This document shows positions 19,132 to 27,935 of a stretch of DNA of 31,139 nucleotides, piece after piece. The position numbers and the translations under genes were made by a program. Numbering within the stretch: the stretch's first letter is position 1; each line of letters starts with the position of its first letter. Source of the stretch: a virus (Duplodnaviria > Caudoviricetes); IMG/VR virus record IMGVR_UViG_3300027835_000018, positions 1-31,139 of that record; one strand, 5' to 3'. The notes below the pieces were generated by a model, which made no database searches, was not told the origin of the DNA, and saw only the letters and a list, made by a program, of their open reading frames with translations.

Positions 19132-20492
19132 GCCGCTGCCTCCTGCCCGGCCGCCTCGGCGTTGTCGCCCGGCCGATCCGAAGGCGGGTTGGGCTCCGGG
19201 ACCTTCCGAGCTGAGCCGCCAATGCTGAATCCGGTGAGCTGGCCGTTCTTGACCTGCGCCCACAGCTCGTCTGAAAGAATCCGCGCGGCGAGCAGCCAGG
19301 TCCCCTTACGGATGCTCACGCCCCCGAGCTCGACGTCGCTCGGCGCCAGGTAGCTCTCCAGGATCTTGACCTGGCCATTCACCCGGTGGCGGTGCATGAG
19401 TCCCAGGCCGCCGAAGTCCTCCAGGAAGCGGTGTGCTGCCTGGCGGACCTCGCCGGACGAGTACGTGTCGCCCTGGGCATCGACGACGTCCGGCTCGAGC
19501 ACCACGCCGAGAACAAACCTCTCGTCGCCCGGGTCAGCCCCCTTGATGAGCGGGATCGACTTCTCGAACAGGTCGGCCAGCTCCACTTCGTCGTCCAAGT
19601 CGGCGCCATCCTCGACCAGGAGGCCCATGAGCGATTTCTTGGTGGGCTCGTAGTTCGTGACCAGGAGCTGGGTCAGCATCTTCGGCCCGCCCACACCACG
19701 CATCGAGGCGATGGTCCGCGGCGTGCGGATGCGCTTCACCAGGAAGTCCGACTTGGCGAGCAGCTTGGGCAGCTCACCGCGGATCCCGTAGGTGATGAGG
19801 AACTTCCCCTTCAGCGACTTCAGCACATCGAAGAACGCCTGCTCCTCGAACTTCCCCTCGCCGACGTGGACGTCGTAGCCGACGTACGGCGGATCAAGGA
19901 AGAACGCGGTGTCCTTGCCGTCGAACCTCGAGATGACCTTGCGGTAATCGCCGCCGAAGATCTGGACCTTCTTCAGCCGTGGCGCGAACTGCTCGATGCG
20001 GTCAACGGTGCGTGCCTCGACGCCCTGCACCGACGGGCTGAAACTCTTACCGCGCATCTTCCCGTAGGAAAAGTGCGTGGTGTACAGGAACTTGTGCAGC
20101 CACGCGACGTCATCGGTAGGGGACGAGGCGACCAGCTGCTTGTAGGTCGCCTCGTCCCCCGTCCACTTCCGCGCTCGCAGCTTCGATAGGTCCTTCGACC
20201 CGAGCCGCTTGATGGTCTTGTAGGCGCGAGCGATCTCGAGATCCGCATCGTTGATGGCCTCGACCGCCACCGGCTCCTTCGCGAAGAGCACGGCAGCCGA
20301 GCCCGCGAACGGCTCGACGTAGGTCTTGTGCGCCGGCAGCATCGCCGCCAGCCGCTTGGCCAGGCGCTTCTTGCCGGCCGGCGAGGACCAGATGGTCTTC
20401 TCGACCGGCTCGACGCCGCCCGTCTCAAGAACGATGCGTGCGTGAGCGAGAGCTCGCTTGAGTATGTCGCGTCGCGGCTGGTTTCCGTCCAC
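19128..20492 (-). CDS. D12/Dam-family DNA adenine methyltransferase fused to an XkdF-like (S78-type) prohead serine protease
   Basis: MTase: PAGKKRLA, YVEPFAGSAAV (motif I), INDAD, FFLDPPY (motif IV), LLVTNY. Protease: VLGVVLEPDVVDAQGD, AAHRF, LMH, ESYLAP, KGTWL, TGFSIGG. GGAG precedes GTG 20492; the ORF is open to 20522. Confidence 0.9.
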   Translation of the reverse strand: MDGNQPRRDILKRALAHARIVLETGGVEPVEKTIWSSPAGKKRLAKRLAAMLPAHKTYVEPFAGSAAVLFAKEPVAVEAINDADLEIARAYKTIKRLGSKDLSKLRARKWTGDEATYKQLVASSPTDDVAWLHKFLYTTHFSYGKMRGKSFSPSVQGVEARTVDRIEQFAPRLKKVQIFGGDYRKVISRFDGKDTAFFLDPPYVGYDVHVGEGKFEEQAFFDVLKSLKGKFLITYGIRGELPKLLAKSDFLVKRIRTPRTIASMRGVGGPKMLTQLLVTNYEPTKKSLMGLLVEDGADLDDEVELADLFEKSIPLIKGADPGDERFVLGVVLEPDVVDAQGDTYSSGEVRQAAHRFLEDFGGLGLMHRHRVNGQVKILESYLAPSDVELGGVSIRKGTWLLAARILSDELWAQVKNGQLTGFSIGGSARKVPEPNPPSDRPGDNAEAAGQEAAA

Positions 20493-20508
20493 GGTTGGGT
20501 CTCCATAG

Positions 20509-20562
20509 ATGGAAAAGCCCACCAGCCTTCGGACGGGGACAAACTATTTTCAAAAATCGACA
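20509..20562 (-). promoter_or_regulatory. Conserved 35-bp phage motif (putative late promoter), copy 1
   Basis: ATGGAAAAGCCCACCAGCCTTCGGACGGGGACAAA (20509-20543) is 32/35 identical to 30511-30545 and 30622-30656; immediately upstream of the RBS of the MTase-protease gene. Confidence 0.7.
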
Positions 20563-20602
20563 TTCGGAGTGCCGCCGGCCACACTGATGGACGGTCCGCG
20601 GG

Positions 20603-21697
20603 TCACAAAGCCCAGGTCGTAGTTCTGCAATGGCCATGATAGGGGGGCAACCCGATGCCGAGTGCGTCGAGCTGTGATTCGGCCATGCCTCGGGCGAACT
20701 CACCTCGATCATCGCGTGCGCCCGTGCCCGAACGCACCACCTCGGCCAACTGGTGCCGCTCTTCCCCACGTGTGATGAACAGCCCGCGACGCGCGGTGGC
20801 CTCGTCAATACCTTCTCGCACCCATGGCAGTGCGCCCTTGATCGCCGCGGGATCGGTGAGGCGCTCGACCTGGTCGAAGCGATCGAGGGCGGCTCTCACA
20901 CTCAGCACCTTGCCGTCGAGGAAGCGGCAGGCGTTGGTCGTGGCCTCATCGAGGACGGCGCTGACCCGGTATCGCTCGATCCCTGCCTCGGCGTAGGACG
21001 ACATCTGCCCATAAGATCGGGTGCTCGCCGTGAACGCACTCGCGACGAGGTCCCAGTAGCGTGCGCTGCGACCGATGAGCACTTGCCCGAGCTGCTCTTG
21101 CAGGTCTACAGCGATATCGTCACGGCCCAGTCCTTGCTCAAGCCCGCGGGCGACCACCGACCGCGCTCGCTGCCCTGCCTCGTCGTACCGACGGCCGTAC
21201 TCATCAGTGACGAAGAGCGCCTGGCTACTGGCGGCATGCGTGACAACTCTCCGGTCGACGGCATTGAAGTCGGCCCCGATGGACAGCCGCTGCCGCCCTC
21301 GTGCGTCCCGGCGTGTAGCCGCCAGGATCTGGTCGGCCTTGCGGCCGAAGACGACCTTCACTCGCTTCGGCACCGGCGCCGTCGCCCGACCGGCCTCCAC
21401 CATTGCTTGAGCGACGAGCTGGCGGCGCTGCTCAGCGGATGTTTGACGCCAGTCCACGTCGAGCACGCGCACGGCGATCCGTAGCGCCTCCGTGTCGGCC
21501 TGCGTAGTTTCACGGCGAAGCTCGGCCGCCAGGCGAGCCACGGCCAGGTCGAAGCCGCCGCGGGTATGGAGCTCGAGTGCCTTCTGGACGGGCAACCCAA
21601 GGTAGTGTTCCAGAAGGTCGTCCGCGACCTCGCGCGCCCCTCGAATGAGTGCCTCGTACTCGGCGGGCTCGGGGCTACTGCAGGGAGGCTGGGTCAT
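20603..21697 (-). CDS. MuF / SPP1 gp7 family minor head protein
   Basis: SAVLDEATTNACRFLDGK and C-terminal PPYHGHCRTT; follows the portal. Confidence 0.88.
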   Translation of the reverse strand: MTQPPCSSPEPAEYEALIRGAREVADDLLEHYLGLPVQKALELHTRGGFDLAVARLAAELRRETTQADTEALRIAVRVLDVDWRQTSAEQRRQLVAQAMVEAGRATAPVPKRVKVVFGRKADQILAATRRDARGRQRLSIGADFNAVDRRVVTHAASSQALFVTDEYGRRYDEAGQRARSVVARGLEQGLGRDDIAVDLQEQLGQVLIGRSARYWDLVASAFTASTRSYGQMSSYAEAGIERYRVSAVLDEATTNACRFLDGKVLSVRAALDRFDQVERLTDPAAIKGALPWVREGIDEATARRGLFITRGEERHQLAEVVRSGTGARDDRGEFARGMAESQLDALGIGLPPYHGHCRTTTWAL

Positions 21698-23493
21698 TCC
21701 GCATCCTCATCGCGGGCATCCGACGTGCCGTCACCTTCCGCATACCGACGAGCCAGGGCGAGACGCTCACTGGCCAGGCGCTCCTCCTCCTTCACCAGCT
21801 CTTCGCGCAGCTGCAGCAGATGTCGCGCCTGTTGGATGAGCGAGGACTTGTCTGCCGTGGCGCCCGCCAACCCGCTCGACGGCCGCAAAGCTTCGTCGAC
21901 GCCTTGATTCTGAAGACCCGCCAGCGTGAGGGTGATGGGCAGCTTTACCCAGGGAGCGCGCAGCTTCGCGAACTCGCGGTTGAAGATGTCGCTCGCCAGA
22001 AGCCGACCCTCTTCGGGCGTGAGCACACCCACTCGCACGAGCTTCTCGACCATATCCGTGAGGCGCTCCGGGTCTCGTGTGACCGGTGTCTGCGACCGGA
22101 AGGTCCAGAACCGGGCGCCCATGTCTGCGAGCAGCTTGTGGTTGATGATGTGGTCGAACTCGTCGCGCTCCGGCTGGAACACCTGGTCCTCGGCCAGGCG
22201 GAGCGATGCCTCGGCGAGGGAGCGGTTGAGCTCGGAGCTTTCCCCTCGCAAGATCCGGGGCAGCCGGAACGCGCCGCCGACCTTGTCCATGTTACGTCGG
22301 TCGTACTCCGAGAAGAGCTGGTCCTGCTGCTGAGCACTCGTCAGTGGCTGGAACTCGACCTTGGCCCGGCTGCCATCACCGCCCGCTCCCTCAGCCTCGA
22401 TGACCAGGATCTTGTGGAAGTTCTTTTTGCCCTTGATGTTCTCCTCAAGGAATCGCTCAATCCGGGGGATGGACTGTTCGGCAAGTCGAGCACCTGAGAC
22501 CAAAAGGGCCAAGGGTGGAACCGACTTCGCTTCGAAGTAGTCGAGGTTGACCTCCTCCATACTCCGGCTTCCGAGCACCGAGAGCAGGGCGCCAATCCAG
22601 CGCGGGACACCGTACGGCGAGCGCGACGACGGGATGGCAAAATGCAGGATCTCGGTCGCGGGACCGTCGCCCTCGCGTGCTCTCTCGAGAGTCGCCGCTT
22701 CATTGGCGTGGAGCTGTCCCGTGACTCGCGAGATCGTGCGAGGGTCTCCGAACGCCTTGAAGTAGGTGCGCTCGCCGCCCTGAATTTGCACGTAACGTCG
22801 GAGGCGCCGGCGGGTCTCGACGACCTCGACCGCCACGGGTGAGATGCGGACCGTTTCCTTCACCTCGACAGGCACGGGGTCGAGGGGCAGCAGGCGCATC
22901 GTGTACGAGGGGACGTAGACGAGGCGCGCGATCTCGCCGCGGCCATTCCTCAGCACCTCCCAGTAGGCGTTGCCGGTCACCTCGAGGTCCTGCCGTGTCA
23001 GTCGGCGCATGGCGACGAACGATGAGTCGAAGGCGCAGCTGGCGAAGAAGCTGTCCAGCCTGGCCTTCTCGATGCGCGCCAGCTGGACGAGCTCGCGCCG
23101 GCGAGCCGCCACCTCGTCCGCGGTAGGCTCGGAGCCAGTCGCCTTATCCCACTCACCCGCATCCGATGCCGCGACCCGTTCGACGAAGATGCAGTCGGCG
23201 ATGCGCTGATCCGCGTTCTCGGCGTCGAAATCGATGGCCGGCTCCAGGCGGTGGCCGAACCCGTCGATGTTCGTGCCGTATGCGTCCACGTTCTGACGCA
23301 AGGAATTGCTGTGTTCGAACAACCGCACCAGCGCTTCGGGCTCGTACGGCGGTGCCAGTGCTCCAGCCTCAGTGAATGCACGACTGACGACCTCGCCGCC
23401 GGGTAGGCTGACAGGATCTTGAACGTCGGCGCCGATGATCATCGCCTTGACGATGCTCTCGACTGGGCTCTCTTGATTCGACTCGTCGCTCAC
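21694..23493 (-). CDS. Portal protein
   Basis: DLEVTGNAYWEVLRN, EILHF...SPYGVPRW, NLDYFEAKSVP, FRLPRILRG, GVLTPEEGR. Confidence 0.93.
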   Translation of the reverse strand: MSDESNQESPVESIVKAMIIGADVQDPVSLPGGEVVSRAFTEAGALAPPYEPEALVRLFEHSNSLRQNVDAYGTNIDGFGHRLEPAIDFDAENADQRIADCIFVERVAASDAGEWDKATGSEPTADEVAARRRELVQLARIEKARLDSFFASCAFDSSFVAMRRLTRQDLEVTGNAYWEVLRNGRGEIARLVYVPSYTMRLLPLDPVPVEVKETVRISPVAVEVVETRRRLRRYVQIQGGERTYFKAFGDPRTISRVTGQLHANEAATLERAREGDGPATEILHFAIPSSRSPYGVPRWIGALLSVLGSRSMEEVNLDYFEAKSVPPLALLVSGARLAEQSIPRIERFLEENIKGKKNFHKILVIEAEGAGGDGSRAKVEFQPLTSAQQQDQLFSEYDRRNMDKVGGAFRLPRILRGESSELNRSLAEASLRLAEDQVFQPERDEFDHIINHKLLADMGARFWTFRSQTPVTRDPERLTDMVEKLVRVGVLTPEEGRLLASDIFNREFAKLRAPWVKLPITLTLAGLQNQGVDEALRPSSGLAGATADKSSLIQQARHLLQLREELVKEEERLASERLALARRYAEGDGTSDARDEDAE

Positions 23494-23495
23494 GT

Positions 23496-24938
23496 CTACT
23501 CCCCTCCGATGATGCGCACGGAGACCACCGCGCCGCCTCGCTGCTCGGGCGTGCGCTCTTTTTGACAGGCCAACGCGATGGCCCAGAACTTGTCAGCGTG
23601 TCCGCCACGGGCCGTTCGTTCGGCGTCGAACGACACCTTCCCCGACGGCAAGACACGCTTCTTGATCGAATGGATCTGGGAGGTCAGCTCACGAAGCCGT
23701 GGCAGGACGACCTCGCGACGCTGAAGGGCGATCTTGAAGTCCGTTGCCCACCGCTCCTTGTTCGCGTTCGTGAAGTCCTCGGCCACGACCTGCGGGTAGT
23801 CCCGCGCCAGGTTCTCCGCCAAGTTCATGCCGATGCCGCTGTGGTCGATCGACAGGCGCGCGATAGGAACCGTCTCGAGCAGCCGACGGAGAAAGCCCTC
23901 CTGGTCGGCGAACGGAGTCCCTTCGAAGGTCCGCAGCATGCGGCACTTCAGCTGGCCCCGGTGCTCCTCGAACACGGCCAACTCGGAGCGATCGCGCGTC
24001 CGGCCGACGTCGAAGCCGGCCACGAGCCGGCCGCTTGGAGGGGGAATGGAGTCGGGATCCTGGACGATGAGCAGATCGTCCACGGTGTTGGGCAGGATCA
24101 GCTCGTGGGGCAGGAATGAATATGAGGCATCGACGAAGATGACCTCGAACTCTTGCTGAAAATCATCCAAACCTAAGCTGTCGTATTGTTGGACAAGCGC
24201 CGGCTTGCCGAACCGTGCGACGCGCTCCTCCGTGGTCATCGCCGGCGCCTCGCGCACGGCGCGCTTGGTGTCGAGACACAGCGCTGACGAGGCCCACCAA
24301 GGAACGATCTGCCGCCAGTGATGAGGGAACTTCCTCAGCTCTTCGCAGGCGATCTCCCAGAAGATGCCTCGACGGCCGAGCGGTGTGGAGCAGCCCGTCA
24401 GCTGTCCGTTGCCGCGAAGGACAAGGGCCGTGGACCCCCGATAGACCTCCCGGTCTTCCGGGTAGTGGGCCAACTCGTCCAGGTAGAGGCTTCCTCGCCG
24501 CCCGCGAGGTGCCTTCGACGGCAGCGACAGGATGCGCGAGACACCCTTGCGCATCCCGTTGGACTCCCACGCCAACTCGCTTTTCGTGTCCACGACAAGC
24601 CGCTTCTGGAACTCCAGCGGGATGGACTCGTAGACCTGGCGCGCGAGCTCGATGCGTGCGCGGGCCTCGCTGGCATTGTACGAAACGAAAATTGCGGTGT
24701 GGTTCTCGCGCAGGTGGCACTGGGCCAGCGCCTCCAGCGACATGGCGAACGAGTAGCCGAGCTGGCGGGCCTTGGTGATCCAGCGGAAGCGGTTCCGGCT
24801 GTTCACGAGCTCTGCCTGAAAAGGCTCCAGGGTAATGGGCTGCTCGTCGTAGGCACAGAGCGTCGAGATGAAACCGACCTCGGTCGCGAGCCAGGCGCTC
24901 AGGTCGCCTTCTGACCGCTTGACGATGCCCACCGTCAT
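23496..24938 (-). CDS. terL: Terminase large subunit
   Basis: KARQLGYS (Walker A), LYLDELAH (Walker B), [35 protein letters not shown]. Start is ATG 24938 or GTG 24974. Confidence 0.95.
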   Translation of the reverse strand: MTVGIVKRSEGDLSAWLATEVGFISTLCAYDEQPITLEPFQAELVNSRNRFRWITKARQLGYSFAMSLEALAQCHLRENHTAIFVSYNASEARARIELARQVYESIPLEFQKRLVVDTKSELAWESNGMRKGVSRILSLPSKAPRGRRGSLYLDELAHYPEDREVYRGSTALVLRGNGQLTGCSTPLGRRGIFWEIACEELRKFPHHWRQIVPWWASSALCLDTKRAVREAPAMTTEERVARFGKPALVQQYDSLGLDDFQQEFEVIFVDASYSFLPHELILPNTVDDLLIVQDPDSIPPPSGRLVAGFDVGRTRDRSELAVFEEHRGQLKCRMLRTFEGTPFADQEGFLRRLLETVPIARLSIDHSGIGMNLAENLARDYPQVVAEDFTNANKERWATDFKIALQRREVVLPRLRELTSQIHSIKKRVLPSGKVSFDAERTARGGHADKFWAIALACQKERTPEQRGGAVVSVRIIGGE

Positions 24939-25022
24939 CGGCGCGCCTTTCGGCGAGAAGAGACTTGCTTCCACCGATCTTCAGAGCGATTCGTGGTGAA
25001 CCCCACGACGGAGAAAGCCACG

Positions 25023-25640
25023 ATGAGCGCCTTTGCCACGAACCTCGCCCGCCCGCCGCGCACCCTGACCGACCGCGAAGTGGCCCTCCTACTCAAGGTC
25101 ACCGGCGAACACCGCGACGGCTTCCGCGACAACGTGCTGTACGCTATGGCCCTCGGGACGGGGCTTCGCGAGCACGAGCTGATCGCGCTCGACGTCGGCG
25201 ACGTATTCGACGCGCACGGCCGCGCGAAGCGGCGCGTCCAGCTGCGTGTATTCAAGCGCTCGTCCGAGGACGAGTCGATGCAGGAAGCGCTGCTCAATGA
25301 CAAACTCCGCGCCAAATTGGAAAAACTGCTCAAGCTCAAGCGCTACCTCGACCAGGACGTCTCGCCGAGCGCGCCGTTGTTCGTGAGCCGGATCGGTCGC
25401 CGCCTCTCGGCGCGCATGGTCCGGCACGGCTTCGGGGTGTGGCAGGAACGAGCTGGCTTCGAGCGCCACTTCAACTTCCATGTCCTGCGCCACACCGCGT
25501 GCAGCTGCCTCTACCGGCGCACGAAGGACATTCGCCTCACACAGCGGTTCGCCCGCCACCAGTCGATCACGACGACGTCGATCTACACCCACGCCAGCGA
25601 TGACGACCTGATCCGCTCGCTCCAAGACCAGCCGTGCTGA
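25023..25640 (+). CDS. Short tyrosine recombinase (catalytic domain only, 205 aa)
   Basis: [29 protein letters not shown] give a complete R-K-H-R-H-Y set; GGAG upstream of ATG 25023. Confidence 0.92.
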   Translation: MSAFATNLARPPRTLTDREVALLLKVTGEHRDGFRDNVLYAMALGTGLREHELIALDVGDVFDAHGRAKRRVQLRVFKRSSEDESMQEALLNDKLRAKLEKLLKLKRYLDQDVSPSAPLFVSRIGRRLSARMVRHGFGVWQERAGFERHFNFHVLRHTACSCLYRRTKDIRLTQRFARHQSITTTSIYTHASDDDLIRSLQDQPC

Positions 25641-25654
25641 GCCGCTCCCGACCT

Positions 25655-25670
25655 TGTTTCACGTGAAAAC
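25655..25670. promoter_or_regulatory. parS-like palindrome
   Basis: TGTTTCACGTGAAAAC matches the parS consensus TGTTTCACGTGAAACA at 14/16. Confidence 0.5.
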
Positions 25671-25860
25671 CGAAGTCCCGGGCGCCTTCGCTGGCATCCC
25701 TTCGGTTTCCCATTCGGTTCCGTGTCTGAAACGGGACCAGCACCCGCGGCAGGCCCCTCGAAGCGCCACGAAATTTCGACCCTCCCCCCATGCGATGGCC
25801 GGTCTCCCGCCGCGCTGGTGCCTGGTGCTGCCGGCGTCACCAGCTCGCATGGCCGGCGCC

Positions 25861-25890
25861 AATTGCCGCTTCTCCATCAAAGCGGCAATT
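25861..25890. other. Putative tyrosine recombinase core site (11-8-11)
   Basis: AATTGCCGCTT-CTCCATCA-AAGCGGCAATT: perfect 11-bp arms around an asymmetric 8-bp spacer, 220 bp downstream of the recombinase. Confidence 0.65.
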
Positions 25891-26139
25891 CGAGGTGCAT
25901 GGCCGTGCGAGGTTCCGCGAGGTTCGGGAGCGGCGCAGGGGCGGAATTTCCGACCCTGAACTGCCGCTTTCCCGAACTGGCATCGCCGCCGTGGCCCACT
26001 CCTAATCCACCGACCCTCGACGATCGCGCCGCTGGAACAGTCCGGCAGCGGTCGCGAGTGCGCTCCCCGTGTGTGTCCGGCACCACCGTCCTCTAATGCG
26101 GTGCTTCCCGGGCATCCCTGTCCGCGTAAGTCAGCAGAA

Positions 26140-27087
26140 TCACGGTACATCGTCCTGCATTCGACCGCTCGAGGCGCTCGAGCTGCTCGAGCTGCTCGAG
26201 CTCGTCGCCGCGGCTTCGTTCGCTCTTGGTGTGGATCCGTCCGCGGCGCCGCCGGCTATCTCCGCGGAACCAGGCGCATTCAGACGAGTGGCCGGCCACT
26301 CGTCGCCGGCGGAGTCCTCGACCTGGCCGAGCTCGTCGAACTCGTGCGCGGGCTCGTCGACCTGGTGCCCAGGTGCTTCGGTTCCACCGTTGCTGGCCGC
26401 GCCGCTCGCGTTGGGGGGTACGTCCGCCCCGACGTCGCCGATCGGCGTGGCCACGGCCTCGACTACCTCCGCGTCCTCGATCTCGCCCACGTCGCCAACC
26501 AGTCGCGCCTGCGCTTGCGCGGGCGCCTCGATCCCGCGCTCGGCCGGCGACGCCTCATCCATCATTCTCAGCACGTCCCGGTGCCGCGACTGCAAGACCT
26601 CCAGCGTGATGCCGCCGAGGATCTGCTGCCGGCTGTCGGCACCGCCTTCGAGGTACTCGCGCAGGCGTAGGAGCATGTTCAAGTCGGAGGACGTGTCACA
26701 CCGGACGCGGCCATCCTTCAGGGCCTCGGCGAAGGCGAGCAGCGCACGATCGACCAAGCCAATGCGCTCGTGGCGTGACAGCGCGATCGCCTCGGCGCGC
26801 ATCTCGACGATCTTCTGATCCACCTTCGCGTCGAGCCGAGCCTGTGCTTCTGCGCGCCGCTTGAGACAGTTGCGTGCGGTCGAGTACTCGCCGACGACCG
26901 AGATGGAAACGCCGTACCGCTCGGACAGCTCCTTGTAGCTGGGGTACCGGACTGCCTTGGTGTCCGGTACCCCTTCGACGGCGACCTCCTCGCCGTGCAC
27001 GAGGAGCCGGTCGAGTTCGAGGTAGTCGACCTTGAGGTCGCCCTTTCGAGGTCGGCCTCCCTTGTTGCGCTTCTCCTCGTCGCTCAT
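26140..27087 (-). CDS. HTH protein, probable terminase small subunit
   Basis: KGGRPRK, HTH PSYKELSERYGVSISVVGEY, helical oligomerisation-like region, long acidic tail. Last - strand gene before terL; ATG 27087. Confidence 0.6.
   Translation of the reverse strand: MSDEEKRNKGGRPRKGDLKVDYLELDRLLVHGEEVAVEGVPDTKAVRYPSYKELSERYGVSISVVGEYSTARNCLKRRAEAQARLDAKVDQKIVEMRAEAIALSRHERIGLVDRALLAFAEALKDGRVRCDTSSDLNMLLRLREYLEGGADSRQQILGGITLEVLQSRHRDVLRMMDEASPAERGIEAPAQAQARLVGDVGEIEDAEVVEAVATPIGDVGADVPPNASGAASNGGTEAPGHQVDEPAHEFDELGQVEDSAGDEWPATRLNAPGSAEIAGGAADGSTPRANEAAATSSSSSSSSSASSGRMQDDVP
26167..26202. repeat. 9-bp tandem repeat (GCTCGAGCT x4, first copy variant)
   Basis: Read directly; encodes the poly-Ser run near the C-terminus of the probable TerS. 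Confidence 0.8.
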
Positions 27088-27107
27088 GCTGTCGCAGCCT
27101 CGCTTAG

Positions 27108-27935
27108 CTACTCGGCCTCGGGCAGGTTCCCGCGATAGCTGAGCTTCTGGATCATCTGACCGCGGCGCCAGTAGTTCCACGCCTGAACGCTCTTGGCGCA
27201 GAGGGCCTTCATCTCCTCGACGGAGCCACGACCTCGGTCGTCGCGCAGCGTCCGAGCAAGTGTCCTGGTCGGATTGTTGGGGTTGACGTCTCCCTCGTCA
27301 GTGACGCGCCGCCAGAACAGCTGGCAGTCATTCGGGTCTGCCTCCCACATCAAGAGTGCAGAGGCAATGACCGCAGTGCGACCGACAACACGCCCCTTCA
27401 GGATGTCCTGGGCCCACAGCGCGAAGGGGGGGCTGGACTGAACGGCGCCGCCCAACACGTGAACACCCCGCGCAGCGCCGGCATTGAACCGCGTGCGGCC
27501 GTAGTACATGCCTGCCGCGATCCGTTCCGCCGCACTCGGGCTCAGATCGGCCAGTTCCTCGGGAAGAAGCGCCCCGAGTTGCTCACGCGTCTTGCGCGTA
27601 CTCTCGGGATTATCGAACTTGGTGAAGAGCCCGCCCAGGTCAACCTCGCTATCGACCGCGTAGGTGTCGATCATCGTCACCTTCCCCACGGGAAAGGGAT
27701 CGAGCCTGGCGAGCATGGTCGAGGAATGCTGGCCGTTGACGCGGATAGTGCGCTCGCCCAGCTTCGCCACCGCCCACCGCGGAGTGTAGAAGCACCCACT
27801 CTCCAGCTCGCGCAGTAGGAACGTGACGCGCCTCTCGCTCAGAGGACGCTCACCGCGCCACGCCGGCATGGTCGCGAAGTCGATAGCCAGGTGCTTCGTC
27901 AGAGGAACGATTTCAGTGCCCACATACTTGATCAC
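27108..27935 (-). CDS. ParB/sulfiredoxin-like (DGQHR-related) protein
   Basis: ERPLSERRV..L..EL..G.F followed by RVNGQHS, a variant of DGQHR. Confidence 0.5.
   Translation of the reverse strand: MIKYVGTEIVPLTKHLAIDFATMPAWRGERPLSERRVTFLLRELESGCFYTPRWAVAKLGERTIRVNGQHSSTMLARLDPFPVGKVTMIDTYAVDSEVDLGGLFTKFDNPESTRKTREQLGALLPEELADLSPSAAERIAAGMYYGRTRFNAGAARGVHVLGGAVQSSPPFALWAQDILKGRVVGRTAVIASALLMWEADPNDCQLFWRRVTDEGDVNPNNPTRTLARTLRDDRGRGSVEEMKALCAKSVQAWNYWRRGQMIQKLSYRGNLPEAE

Noticed and set aside
25023-25640. Short recombinase as the prophage integrase marking an att boundary
   Set aside because: It lacks arm/core-binding domains, phage genes continue on both sides, and no tRNA or att duplication is visible.
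25654-26150. ORFs in the recombinase-terS intergenic region
   Set aside because: Several mutually overlapping short frames with no RBS or motif; the region is better explained as cis-acting sites.
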